This document shows positions 1-12,405 of a DNA stretch of 64,000 bases, piece after piece. Below the pieces are notes generated by a model. It ran no database searches. It saw only the letters and a list, made by a program, of their open reading frames with translations, and was not told where the DNA came from. The stretch comes from Psammoneis japonica (Eukaryota), in the NCBI GenBank assembly GCA_008632985.1, contig QPGO01000070.1, forward strand, positions 124,001 to 188,000, in the 5' to 3' direction. Positions within the stretch are counted from its first letter, which is position 1, and each line of letters begins with the position of its first letter. The translations under genes were made by a program, and so were the position numbers.

Positions 1-1440
1 CAAGCACATGTTTGGACTGACCCAGGATGGTGTGTCTTCCAGCAGGAAAGTGCAGTGGCCAATGAGACAAAAGAAGCGTTTTGCAGTGGTGCCACCAGAG
101 ACTGTTTTGTCATGGATCCAGGTGCACACTTTGATGCATGTCCACGAAACAAAAAATGAGTGTGGGGAGAGAAGAAGGAAACCAAAAAGTTAAACTCTGT
201 TCTCAGTGTCTGTCCGGGCTGGTTCTGGACTGTCCCCATTTTCATTTGCACAAGGGTGGTGGAGTTGTTGTGCTGATGAATTGGACTGATGGGGGGTGGA
301 ACAAGAGGAGTGTCAAAAAGGTTTGCCCGCAATTGTTTGGCAAACAAAGGTTGCGCAGCACATTGTGTGTGCCTGCTGCAACATTGGCAAGCAACAAACA
401 CAAAAAGCACAGCCATTGCTGTTGCCAACCCAACTGCAAGGCCATCCACAACAACTGCCCCATGTGGGGAGAGCCACAAGGATTCCATCACCAACTTTGT
501 GGAGTTGATGACCCAACACCACCATCGGTGCCCCACTTGCCAGTTTCACAAAACACCTGTGTCACAAAATGCACACACACACACACACACATGCATCAAG
601 GCTGAGAAAGTGCACACAAGCAAACTCCTGAGAAAAATCCAACACTGCACTGTGGCCTTCAGTCCACAAGGAATTGGTTGTTGTGTGCACAGTCAAGTCT
701 GCCAACAAATGGGCTGTTTCCCAAACCTTGCCATCTGGCCCATGCTTTCCAAACAAATTGCACAAATTTGCAAAATCACCAAACACAACAACTGCTGCAA
801 AAACACCAATGACAAGGTTTTGGTTTGTCCATTGATCCCACCACAATCAGGTTGGCACTGATTGCCATTTCATCTAATTTGCAGGCACAATGCAAAATGG
901 AAACTTGCGCCACATGCAATTTCTACATTGCCATTTTTCCACAATTGCCACCCAACCCCAACACTTGGCCTGGGCTCCCATGTGATTGTCTGATTTCTCC
1001 ATCAAATCTTGAGCACATCATTTTGTTTTATCTTTCATGACAGATGATTGCAGCGCCGTTGTGGCCCTTGAAAAGACATCATCCTTGTTGCCGTTGTTGT
1101 GGTCATTTCACAAAAATGTTCTAGAAAACCTGCCACATTTCTTGAAGATTGAGGCCAGAGCAAAACTGGCATTGTCACATTCCTTTGCATCATCATGAGA
1201 AAATGCACTGCCACCTCGCTCCATGATTGCAAGGAAAAAGATGAAACCATTGTGAGTCAGATGCACCGTGCAGGGGCCACCCTGCTCTCTTTTTCTGCAC
1301 AGAAGTTGAACAACATGATGCACCTTGGGATTGTCAGCTGAGGAGCATGACAAAAGTCTCTGTCCTGAAGTGCATTTCTGGACCCACTGCATGAGCCCAA
1401 TGCAAGAAAAGCAAAGGTGGTTGCAAGATGCTTCATTGTG
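1..1440. pseudogene. Degenerate, internally deleted copy of 2895-4530 (3' half of the lectin-like gene plus the convergent membrane-protein gene)
   Basis: Colinear similarity, e.g. 5-30 cacatgtttggactgacccaggatgg vs 2899 tacatgtttggactcacacaagacgg, and 1431 cttcattgtg vs 4521 cttcattgtg. Frameshifted, with TA and CG converted to TG/CA. Confidence 0.92.
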
Positions 1441-2463
1441 CAAGAAGGTGCTGCAGCCAGAAAGAGCTTGCGCTGTGGCAACATTGTCGGCTGCTCAGAT
1501 CTTGCCAACATGTTGCTGCCTCAGCAATTGAGCAATGCAAATGACAAGGCAAAGTGCCACAGTTTCCACAACCAAGAAAGTGCCCCCCACACAGGAGAGG
1601 AAACCAAACCAGAGCACACCAGCCTCTTCATCACAACATTGGAAAAAAAAGACCTTCTTCATGAAAAACATGGCAAGATGTGTCAAAGCACAATGTGCCA
1701 CTTTTGACATGAAATCAGGCTGGTTCATGGAGTCTGGTCAAGCCACGCATGCCACTCTTTCTTTGCCACATGATGAAAATTGTCAGCCATCGATGCTGGG
1801 GTGGGGCCAGTTTTGAGGCCGCTCTTGGTGGCGCACTGCAAAGTTGTCGCACAAAGTTGGTGCTCAAGCACACACACTTCTTGACCTCACTCACTGACAG
1901 CACCTTTGTGGCACTTCTTGAGTTGGCACTGTGCTGCATGCTTTGGGCAACTTTGGGAGAAAAAAATTGTTGCCCCCCGTCCGCAAGCTCAGAGCCCACT
2001 CTTTTGGGGGCACTGCGCCCGTTGTCGAGGAGGAGGCATTTCGCTGGTGTTTTCAAGCAACAGAAGTCAAGTGGACAATTCACACTCATCTGTACCATCT
2101 ACTGCCAGGTGTGGCATTGGCACTCCCTGCGGCCACTGGCACAGAAGTTTCAAGTCTCAGTCGAGAAGTTGTTCTTCACAGCTGCTCAGAAGATGACAGA
2201 TGATGAAAAGTTTTAGTCACATGAGTCGACGATTTGATGACGTGCAAATTTTCAAAATTCCAAAAATTGAAAAAAGGAAACGCGAAACGCGAACGCAGTG
2301 TTGATAGAGTTGACATCTTCTCCCTTCTCCCATGGCATCGCAGTCTTCTCTCACTTCTTCGTTGCTTCCTCTTATTACAAAGCGTATCCAACATAAACTT
2401 TACCATACGTAACAATATCAAGTAAGGAAGAAAAGCTTCCGCAAATCGCTCAAGTTTGAATAG

Positions 2464-3228
2464 ATGAAGAGTCTCGAGTACGAGTACACGAGTGTGGCAC
2501 CCTCAGCATCAAGCAATGATGGACCGCGTCAATATCCTCGGAGAAGACGTGTATTGATACAGCTCACTCGAAGGCAACGTCAGCTCTTGTATGTGATTGG
2601 TTTGATCCTTGTCGTGTGCATCTTGGTGGTGATTCAAAAGCGAAAAGCATCCTCCTCTTCTTCTTTGCCCTCGTCGGAACAGTCCAAAACCGCGGGCAGC
2701 AATAAGAACGACAACAACAACATAGCAACAACAACCGATGCTCCCACAGTTATTTTGCCTGCTACGCAAAAGCCTGCAAAACCTACTCCGTCACCGAAAC
2801 CAAAGCCAAAACCATCACAAAAGCCGTTTGAATGCCAGACAGATCGGCTCGGCCATGCGACACGATTGGAATCCGGTCACGCCATTTGCAACCACGAGTA
2901 CATGTTTGGACTCACACAAGACGGCGTGTTTCAGTGGAAAAACACAATAACCAACGAGACAAAAGTATTTTACAATGGTACCGCGGGAGACTATTTCGTC
3001 ATGGATCCAGATGCGTCCTTTAATGTATATCTACAAAACGAAACGCGTGTTTGGCGAGAAGAATGCAACCTAAACGTCAAATTCTATTCCCAGTGTCTAT
3101 CCAGGCCAGTCCTGGACTGTCCCTATCTTCATTTGCACAAGGGTGGAATTGTTGTACTGAATTGGATTGATGGGGGGTGGAACGCAAGGAATATCAAAAA
3201 GGTTTTCCCACAATTGTTTGGCAAATAA
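2464..3228 (+). CDS. Type II membrane protein with Pro/Lys-rich stalk and possible bulb-type (B-)lectin-like C-terminal domain
   Basis: 254-aa ORF with N-terminal TM (LLYVIGLILVVCILVVI), PKPKPKP linker and repeats FGLTQDG / FVMDPDASFNVY..VW / LHLHKGGIVVL resembling beta-prism lectin subdomains. The domain call is tentative. Confidence 0.7.
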   Translation: MKSLEYEYTSVAPSASSNDGPRQYPRRRRVLIQLTRRQRQLLYVIGLILVVCILVVIQKRKASSSSSLPSSEQSKTAGSNKNDNNNIATTTDAPTVILPATQKPAKPTPSPKPKPKPSQKPFECQTDRLGHATRLESGHAICNHEYMFGLTQDGVFQWKNTITNETKVFYNGTAGDYFVMDPDASFNVYLQNETRVWREECNLNVKFYSQCLSRPVLDCPYLHLHKGGIVVLNWIDGGWNARNIKKVFPQLFGK

Positions 3229-3299
3229 AGGTTGCACGGCACTGTGTATGCCTGTTTTGGCGAGTCAAACTGAGTTTACCCCGAGTATCCCTTTTAATT

Positions 3300-4526
3300 T
3301 TAGTAATTATCGTAATACAAGGATACTACAACATCTGCGATAAACACAAAAAGTGCAGTTATTGTTGCCAACCCGACCGCAATGCCGTCTGCGACAACTA
3401 CTCCATGTGCGTAGAGAGCCGCAAGGATGCCAGCACCAACTTTGCGGAGTTGACCCGACATTACCATCAACAACACACTTGCCAGTTCCACAGCGCCTAT
3501 CACAAGAAAAACACACATAAGGCTGAGAATATGCACGCAGGAAACTCGTAAGAATAATCCTGCATCACACGACGGCCCTCTTACCCGCAAGGAATTGCTT
3601 ATTTCGCACAGTCAAGTCTCCCAACAAATGGGTTCTTTCCCATACCGCATAATCTGGTCCATGCTTTCCAAATAAATTACACAAACTCGCAAAAACGCCA
3701 AACAAAACAAGTGCTACAGAAACGCCATCGACAAGCTGTGCATTCTCATAAAAGAACTTGACCACCGGTGGTTTTGGTTTATCCATCGATCCCGTCGTAA
3801 TGAGGTTGGTTACCTTTTCATCCAACTCGTAGGCACGTTGTAAAATCGAATCTTGTACCACTTGTAATTTCTCTCGTGCCATTTCTTCCACGCTCGCCGA
3901 TAGTTCCATGGCTCGTTGTCGTGCCACCTCTTCTGCCAGCGCTGCCTTTTGGAGTGCCATTTTTTGTATTTCGGACGTTGTGTTTTGTGCCGCGTTTTCC
4001 ACTTCTTGACGATAATCCAAAATTAACTTTTCCAAATTGGCCTGTTCGGCACGGGCGACCCGTAACGCTTGGGCCGCCATGCGATCGGCCGAATTTTCCA
4101 TCAAATCTCGAGCACGTTGTTTCGTTTCGTCCGTCATGACGACGGATGATTCCAATGCCGTTGTGGCTCTTGAAAAGACATTGTCATTGTTGTTGTTGCT
4201 CCGTTCTTTTTTGCGTGAAAATATTCTGGAAAACCTGCCGCGTTTCTCTGGTGTTGTTGGGGTTAGAGTAAAACTAGTATTGTCACGACGTTCCTTTGCC
4301 TCGCCGCGAGAAAATATGCCGCCACCTCTATGAATAGAAACAAAAGAAGAAAAAAAACGGTTTAGATTCACCAGAGAAAAATCAAACAGCTCTTTCTGCA
4401 CAGGATACTTAAAAACACGCACCTTGGGATTGTCAGGCGAGGAGCACGTCGAGAGTCTCCGTCCTGAAGCGCATTGCCACTGCATAAGTTTAACGTAAGA
4501 ATAAAGATGCATACAAGAGACTTCAT
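3300..4526 (-). CDS. Signal-peptide protein with coiled coil and C-terminal TM helices; predicted exons 4526-4423, 4327-3585, 3496-3300
   Basis: MKSLVCIFILTLNLCSG signal peptide. GT-AG introns of about 95 and 88 nt join the reading frames as IPR^GGG and FLAG^AVELASV. Confidence 0.75.
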
Positions 4527-5042
4527 TGTGTGTGTTGAAGTGCAATCAATATAACATAATAATATGATTAGCAAGGCCAACAAAAGTCAAACAATCAATG
4601 GGATTGCGATGATGTTGAAAAATAAAAAATGACAGGTGGAACGCACGCACGAACGCTGAAAATCATTCCCGCGTAAGATCCATTCCCGAACCGATGATTC
4701 ATTCGATCAAATAGGCCATATTGCCCTCTTTTTTGGATCTGCCTGCCAAGCAACATTACATTTATATAGATACGAGCTTATGCATATCATTTATATTTAG
4801 CGGGTATATACTTTATATATTGAGAAGGGCAATAATGTTTTTCCGTTGGAAATCAAATCTGAGTTGATCGTGTTTGTTTCGTTTTCGCGGTTGCTTGTGC
4901 GTGCGGCTTCCCATTTCTCGTTTTTCAAGTTAGTCGCAGCCGGAGTGAACCTGGTTATGCACAACAAAAGAGAAGGGATCTTTTCAACGATTGACTCTAT
5001 TTCAGTGCCCTGGTATTTACCTTTTTTTGCATTTGAAGCAAC

Positions 5043-7197
5043 ATGATGGAAACTAGCCCCGAAAATGGAACCGAAGCCACGAGCGGTGGAAGCTTTGATG
5101 ACATTGAGAGCAGCGGTAGAGTACCGCCGCGAGAGCTTCCCGTAGAGGGGGAGCACTCGCAAATGTCGGTGATTCCACCCGAAACCAAGAAGCGCAAATG
5201 GTTAATTGTTGGCCTAGTATTGGCCTTGGTGGTTTTGGTGGCGACCGTGATTGGACTGGCGGTGGGATTGTCAACGAACAATGGTGGAGGAAGCAGCGAG
5301 ACGGACAAGGCGACGCAAGGAAAGGGTGTTAGTACTCCTAGCCCAGCTCCTCCTCCTCCTCCTCCTGTGGATGAGACGAGACTCGGCGAGATCAAACAGT
5401 GGATTGTGGACAATCAGTACTCGACCGCTTCGTCTCTGGAAGATCCCAACAGTCCACAGAGTCAAGCGGCTCTATTCATGGAGACTGGTATTCTGGACGT
5501 GCCTACCGAAACTGTGTCGGCGTTTGCCATGGAATGGGTGGAGCGTTATGCCTTGGCCGTCTTTTTTTATGCCACGTCGGGCGATACCTGGAGAGGAAGG
5601 TTCAACTTTATGGATCAAAGTATCGGTAGTTGTCTTTGGTTCAATCTTGTCGAAGTATTACCGACTGTGTATTGGCCGTTTGGTGCCTATTGTGACCAGG
5701 GTCGTGTGCAACGCATCATTTTGCGTAAGTATAATACAATGTCCTTTTTGCTCGTGAATTTTCTTGGGAAAAAAGCTTACAACCATTGGCTACACTTGTT
5801 TTTCTCTGACTCGCAGCCAATAACAGACTTGCTGGTAGTCTTCCTTCAGAATTGGGTCTTTTGGAGGAATTGAAAATCTTGTTTGTTACTGTGAATCGGA
5901 ATTTAACTGGCGTGATTCCAGAAGAAATGCGTTCCTGTAAAAACATGGTCCTCTTTGAGGTGGATCGCTGTTCCATTACGGGAAGCATTCCCGAATGGAT
6001 GGGTGAGGAATGGACGGAGCTAGAGTCGCTTGCACTGACGGATAATCAAATGACTGGCACGCTTCCAACGACGCTGGCGGGTATGACCAAGTTGCGGCTT
6101 CTCTCCGTGGATGAAAACAAGTTCACTGGTGACTTGTCTGCTGTCGAAGCTATTACAAGTTTGGGATATTTGTACGCTGAAGAAAATAGCTTTGTACAAA
6201 CGATTGATGATACCTTTCTGAGTGGCCTGACCAATTTGAAGCAGTTGGATATCTCCGACAATGCTTTTGCGGGACAAGTTCCCGTTCATCTCATGTCCAA
6301 TCTTGCCGTGTTGGATGTGCATGATAACGAATTGACCGAATTCCCAGACTCAATTCCTGTCAATTCAACGCTTGAGTTCTTGGCAGTCCACAATAATTCC
6401 TTCACGGGCGCTTTTCCCAGATCCACCATTTTGAATTTGAAGGAGTTGGAGCATTTGGACTTGACCTCGACCAGCTTTACCGGAGATATGCCGACGGTTT
6501 TGGGAAATTTGACAAACCTCCGTTATCTATTCATGGCTGATACAGAGTTCGAGCCTGGTCCCATCCCGGACGAGTATCAGCGCTTGTTTGCGCTCAAGGA
6601 CTTGAGCCTGAAACATTCGAGGCGAAATGGTGTCATTCCAACCTGGATCGGTGATTTGGATCGGTTGGTCTTGCTCGATTTGCATTCTAATGATTTGAGT
6701 GGTCCCATACCGGGGGAGCAGATCGGGAACATGGGCAGCCTAGAATTTTTGCTCTTGAATCATAACAATTTCAACGGTACCATCTCGCCAGAGTTGGGTA
6801 TGGCGCTGTCTTTGCGTAAGTACTTAAGAAGGCAAGACTTGATTTGCGAGTTAAATTCTGAGACTCACCAAGCCCTTCTCTCTACCGCAATAACTTCTGC
6901 GGCACAGAACTCGTCTTATTGGATCACAACAACATCACAGGAAGCGTGGATCCCATTTGCGAGGAAGCTCAGAATCTAAATTTTGCAGCTGCTGATTGTG
7001 GAAGGGATGATCTTAATTGCACCTGCTGCGATGTGTGCTGCGGCGGAGACGCTGAGGAGCCATGCAATGATGGAGATTATTTGGCCCAGTATGATCCACA
7101 ATGGAAAGACACTTACAATCGACGAGGCATCTATGGGTTTGTGGATTTAAACATCACCCGCAGGCTTCTCATGGATGGGCGTCCTTGGAACATTTAA
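5043..7197 (+). CDS. Membrane-anchored leucine-rich-repeat protein (diatom LRR receptor-like family); exons about 5043-5724, 5817-6815, 6908-7197
   Basis: N-terminal TM, ERYALAVFFYATSG cap motif, many LxxLxLxxNxLtGxIP repeats, Cys-rich C-terminus (ADC..CTCCDVCC), gtaag donors at 5725 and 6816. Confidence 0.9.
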
Positions 7198-7550
7198 TCG
7201 TTGTGTGGCACGTGCACGTAATATATTTCTGTTTCGCATCGGTTTGAAGTAATCTACTCTCTCAGTAGAGCTAAGTTTTCTTAAGTTACTTACGGTACGG
7301 TAGTGCTTTACCCTACTGTACGATGCTACCCGTGTTCTTCTCACATTCTTCACAGGGATAATCCGACGAACGCCTCTCTGTTTTCCCCGATGCAATCGAA
7401 GCGTCGAACGCTGAAACAGTTCACACGGCACGGCCGCTGAATCGAAACGAATAGTATCTTATGTACCGCTGTTCGGTAGTTGCGCAGCAACGCAGTCCAG
7501 CAGAACATCTACTGTGTACCGGCAAGAACATGCTCTTCCAGGATAGCACC

Positions 7551-8560
7551 CTAACTTTCAGTATCCACCTCCTTCTCTACCATGAATGGTGGATGCACTT
7601 CCCGCACCCAGGGGACGATATCGAACAAGTGCAATGACTCGTAAGCATCATCAGGACCAGCCGCGTTCACTGCTGCAAAAATAGAACGGGGAAACATTTT
7701 CGGAGCCTGATAACCGGCCGTGCGGTACATCTCCCGTTCCTTGTTATAGTTGGTGCCTCCGAAGTCTTGAAGAATATAATCAGCGTTGACCGGTTCATCG
7801 TCGGCTTCATTTGCTTCATCACCTGAGTCATTAGGGATGCGGATGGCGATCTTTCTTATGTCTCTCCAGCGCTTCAACAGGTACTTGTCCAGAGGTCTGA
7901 CGTAGCACAGCGGGAGATCTTCGTCATACTCTATAGCACAGTGTCATTGTCATTCGTACTCAATTCTATTCGACCAAGAGGCATGTTCCAAATAGACAAT
8001 TCGTACTTTGTACTGACAAGGAGCGTATGAGCATCAATGCTGAGACTAACTGGTGAGCGTTCTTGTGATCTTAGTGTGCACACATCGTAGAACTGATCGC
8101 GAACCTTTTGTCCTTCTTCGTCACTCAAGTTCTCGGCAAAGGAGGTAAGCCGTTCGTATTCGAAGACGAAGTCTGACGTGCCGAGGCCCTGAAAATCAAA
8201 TGTTTCACTTGCTGTCGCGAGCCACCATCTTGTATAAACCACGTCACATTGCACTCCCAAAGTCCGTTCCACCTTGAACAGGCATCTGCATACTATTCAT
8301 TGTTTTTACGATCATAATCCACGTCTTCTCTTTCTCGAAGGTGGCAGAAGGGGTCTGCATCTATCACCACGGAATTTCCCACACTGCCATGTGGGGTCCG
8401 CTCCACGTCCCGTGGGGATTGTTTGGGTTCCTACAGCTAGGAGTCATCCCTGCACTCAGCAATCCATGTCTTCCATCGCAAAATCATCAAGCAACAGACG
8501 AATCCGATGATCTGGTGTATTAACATAATCCTTGTTTGGGCCGCCTTCCATGTACCGATA
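7551..8560 (-). pseudogene. Fragmented hypothetical coding sequence
   Basis: Consecutive protein-like ORFs 7931-8272 and 7551-7877 separated by stops. No family recognised. Confidence 0.35.
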
Positions 8561-8981
8561 AAACGGCAAAGAATCACCCGTAGGGGATAATAAGTTTCTC
8601 TTTCAAACGGCCATTGTGCTGCTTCGCCGATGAAGATAATATATATGACAAGCTACGCATGCCTCCGACGAAGGCTGTCGCTGACACAATGACAGATACG
8701 AGTGGACCCTCTTTTACCTTCTCATATTTTTGGTGCTCTTGTTAGTGGCGGCGTCATTGGCAGCAATTGTCGAATATGTGTCTTGTGTTTTGCTACCGCA
8801 TGGACGATGGGACCCTTGTTGTTAAATGTACGTAGACATCATCTTGAATGCACGTAATAGCAAAAAGAAGCATTTGCAGTGCATGATATTCCCTGTCCTA
8901 GTGGTAAGCTATAGCTCCAATGGCGATTCTTTCTTTTCAATCGCCATCGATTCCTCTCGTATGTATTTTCGGAGCTTCTAG

Positions 8982-9830
8982 CTAGCTACGCAGCATCGCT
9001 ACAGCATCGCACCGTCCATCCTTTTCCGATTGCTTCTTCTCCTCCACCACAGCCGAAGCCTTCGTTGTCAAAGTAGATTCCAACATCTGTTCCCACTCAC
9101 AACCTCGGCATGTGCATCCCTCGTCATGAGAAGAAATGGAGTCTTCGTCGTCGCTGCTGTCGTCAGCGCGGCTCGCATCAGAGCTACTTTCGGCCCTATC
9201 GCCGCCACCACCCTCTTTACCACCGACTTGATCATCATCTTCCTCCTTCCTTGCAGCAATCGACAATATACCACCTCCTCCAAATCGTGTCAATGCAGCT
9301 CGAGCTGCCAATTCCCTCGCTGGAATTGTCGCTTGCTGCGCCATTGTCGCTTTTCCCTCCTTTGTTCGCTTATCAATCATCTTGGCGCCCTTGAGGAGCG
9401 GGCGACGCTTTTCCTGTTGTTGCAGTGCCCTTGTTCCCATTGCCTGATCAGCGCTACGTTTCCTACTGCCACCTTTCCTCCAACGACGACGACGACGTCG
9501 TTTCTTGGCACCACATTTTTCATTGGAATCAAACAATGGAATCTCGCCATGTTGTGGCACAATCCCACTTGCCGCTTATTGTCCCACCGTAGAAACATGT
9601 CCCGATTGTGTCACAAACGCATTATCACATCCATACGTATCCGTTTTCTTTTTCAACCTCTCCATTCTTGAGCAAAGTCGAGTATTGAATTCGAATTTCA
9701 TCGAGCAATTCATAAAAGGCTGGTGGATGTATATCCTCCAATCCAATGGACGTGTGGGTAATTTCATGAAACATGACTCCCATGACTTGTGTTCCAATGT
9801 CCGAAACTGCCGACGCAGTGCTTGTTGGGT
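8982..9830 (-). pseudogene. WLM (Wss1-like) zinc metalloprotease, 5'-truncated by a LINE and frameshifted
   Basis: Joining frames gives RQFRTLE/QVMGVMFHEITH...IHPPAFYELLDEIRIQY, the WLM HExxH..H..FY pattern, followed by a basic/acidic low-complexity tail. Confidence 0.7.
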
Positions 9831-9849
9831 TCTTGTCGAAGATTGAGTT

Positions 9850-11720
9850 GAATATTGGTGGACATGCCGCATCGGCATATCTCCGCGACCAAAAAGCTCT
9901 AACAACAAGTTTCTTAAGAACAGGCAGAAATGAACAACTGCCATTGAGAAGACCGCTGGGGAAGTGGACAGGCGAACCCACTACGAATTGGTGGTTTTCG
10001 GAACGCTTCGACAGGTTGTACCGTCAGCTGGAAGGATATGTGGAGATGTACTCAAAAACTCAAAAACTCCCCAACGAAGAAGTAACAGAAGAGCCAGTTA
10101 CCAATTAAACGGAAAGGAGGACACTGTGCCGCGCGACGCCAAACCGACTCAGGTCACAAGGAGAGGGATTAAGATGAACCCTACAGGTACTTCGGAGGTA
10201 CTATGGACAGGAGACCCAGAGAGACCTCTGGACAATGTCGAATGGTCCTTTATCCCCTACGGACACCAACCGAATTTGGAAGCTCTTGTTTGAGGCATCG
10301 AAGCAGGCACATCGATTTGCGTAACGGACGGATCCTATAAGGATGGCTTAGCAACCGCAGGAATGATTCTTGTTCCGAGTGAGGGACACTCACACAGATA
10401 TCGTGGAGTTAATCAAACACCTGGAGCAGAGGATGATCTGACACCGTGCCGGGGAGAATTGGGAGGCACATTTGGCACAGTTGCATTTATTCTTCGTCTG
10501 TGTAGACAATTCAACATCAGCTCCGGAAAAGTGTCATTGGCTTGCGACTGTGACCTGGGACTTCGGACATGCTTCTACAATTCATGTGATCCAATCAGGG
10601 GAATGATTCAAGAATTGCCAGTGGTTGTGGAGGCGGCAGATGTAGAAGGACACAAGGACAAACACACTCCTCTCCAAGAGTTGTCTCACTTAGAACAACT
10701 GAACGTCGAAATGGATCTTTTAGCCAAGGCGCACTGGGAAGCACTCCGACAACACGACGACACTGCACCCTGCGAAATCAAGCAACCAACATGGTCGGTG
10801 CAGCTCCGAGGTAGGACCTTTACATCGTGGCGAGAGCAAAGTGTCCTGGATCACATGTGCGGACCCCCCGCAGAAGAGCACTGGCACAAGAAACTAAGAG
10901 CGGAACACTCTCCGGTGGAAATTGATTGGCAATCCCTTGGGAAAGCGATGAAACGCTGCCCCACCTTCAGACAACTCTGGCAACCTGAGTGGAGCGTGCT
11001 TTTTTGCTGGAAGAAGGTGGAGAGCCTGGCATGTCCAAGATGTGGGGAGGATGAAGAAGGCATTGATCACATGCTACGATGCAGGGCGTTTGCAGCTCAA
11101 GAACTGTGGAGGAAAAAGACATCCAACCTGGAAAAGTGGTTGACTGACAACCTCACACACAACCCGACATCCGGAAAGGCATGCTCAGCAGCATTGCGTC
11201 CTGGTGTGAAGACCTTCCCAGCCCCACCCCACGCTCGGATTACCCACACATGCAGGAAGCCTTCGAGGCACAAGAGAACCCAGGTGGAAGCTTGTCAGTC
11301 CGGGGTTTTTTGGCAAGTGAATGGGCTGCAGCACAACAAGCTCGCTGTGACTTCATCAGACGCAGGCACACAGGCGAAAGATGGGTGGCAGGCTCAATGC
11401 AACAGTTGTGGAACACAGCATGGGACATGTGGCAGCAACGCATGTGAGCGTCTGTGTCTCCTGCCTCTGAAGCACGACTCACCACACATGGCATTTTAGA
11501 TGGGGAGATTGAAGAAGAGCATGGTTTGTTCTTCAGTTGTCACTCGGATTCACCTCAGTGTGCCAGGTGGTTTGCAAGGACAATGGAGGAAGTGCAAGCA
11601 AAAGACGTTGACTTTAAATGACATTGGCTGCAGGCAGTGAGGGTGGGAAAATGCACTGCACTCTGTCCATCGACGGACCAATGTTCAGAGCAACAGTCTC
11701 AATCAAGAAGCACTCCACAA
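9850..11720 (+). mobile_element. 5'-truncated non-LTR retrotransposon: RNase H domain plus C-terminal CCHC zinc knuckle
   Basis: TDGSYKDG, RGELGG, CD, VEGHKD and LNVEMDLLAK RNase H motifs; CPRCGEDEEGIDHMLRC knuckle; stops and frameshifts. Ends are approximate. Confidence 0.85.
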
Positions 11721-12405
11721 CTCTGCACGCTGTTGCATTTGTTTTGCAGTTGACGCTCTGACTCCATTCCATGGTTGTTGATTGAAAGGAAAAATCAGGC
11801 GCAACTGAGCCTTGGGTGGCCACTGTGAGAAGCGGTGCAAATTTTTAGATTGAACTGAATTGAGTGCTTGACATGCCACCCACGTTCGCACAATGCAGGG
11901 TTGACATGACAGGCAACTCTCAAGCTCTGGGAGTGCTCTCGCCACTTCGGGACAATCACCATCCTCGAAAACTTCAATGCCCCACATGCAACAACACTGT
12001 CGATCCAACAAGTTGTTGACGGAAGCGACAAACTGAGGAGGCAAGCAAATTTCATTGTTGTTTGTGTTGTTCATGTTGGCAATGGAATTTTCAGAGCCAG
12101 CTTCTTGTTGTTTTGGCTTTGCTTCCGCAGTGACGGGATTTGCTTTCGCAGCAACAATGGAAACGTTGTTCTTGGCATTGCTCAGACTTGCTTCCAAGAT
12201 TGCCCCAACATTTCAATTGATTTCCTGAGAAGTTGACATTTGAGTGTGGAAGGGCAGACAGACTGACAACAATTGTTTCTGGCTGAGTGCTCTTCCACAC
12301 AACATCCATGCATTGACTCTGACAGCCGCAATGATTCCTGTTGACCACAGGTGTTGATGGCATCCAAAAGCACTCAGCCCCCACTTCTTTTGCACAGTGC
12401 ATGGC

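Noticed and set aside
1..2220. Classical fungal RIP
   Set aside because: RIP increases TpA and mutates both copies. Here TpA is removed and the intact copy is untouched.
3560..3584. 25-nt micro-intron
   Set aside because: An 88-nt intron from the same donor to the acceptor at 3497 has a better pyrimidine tract and a typical length.
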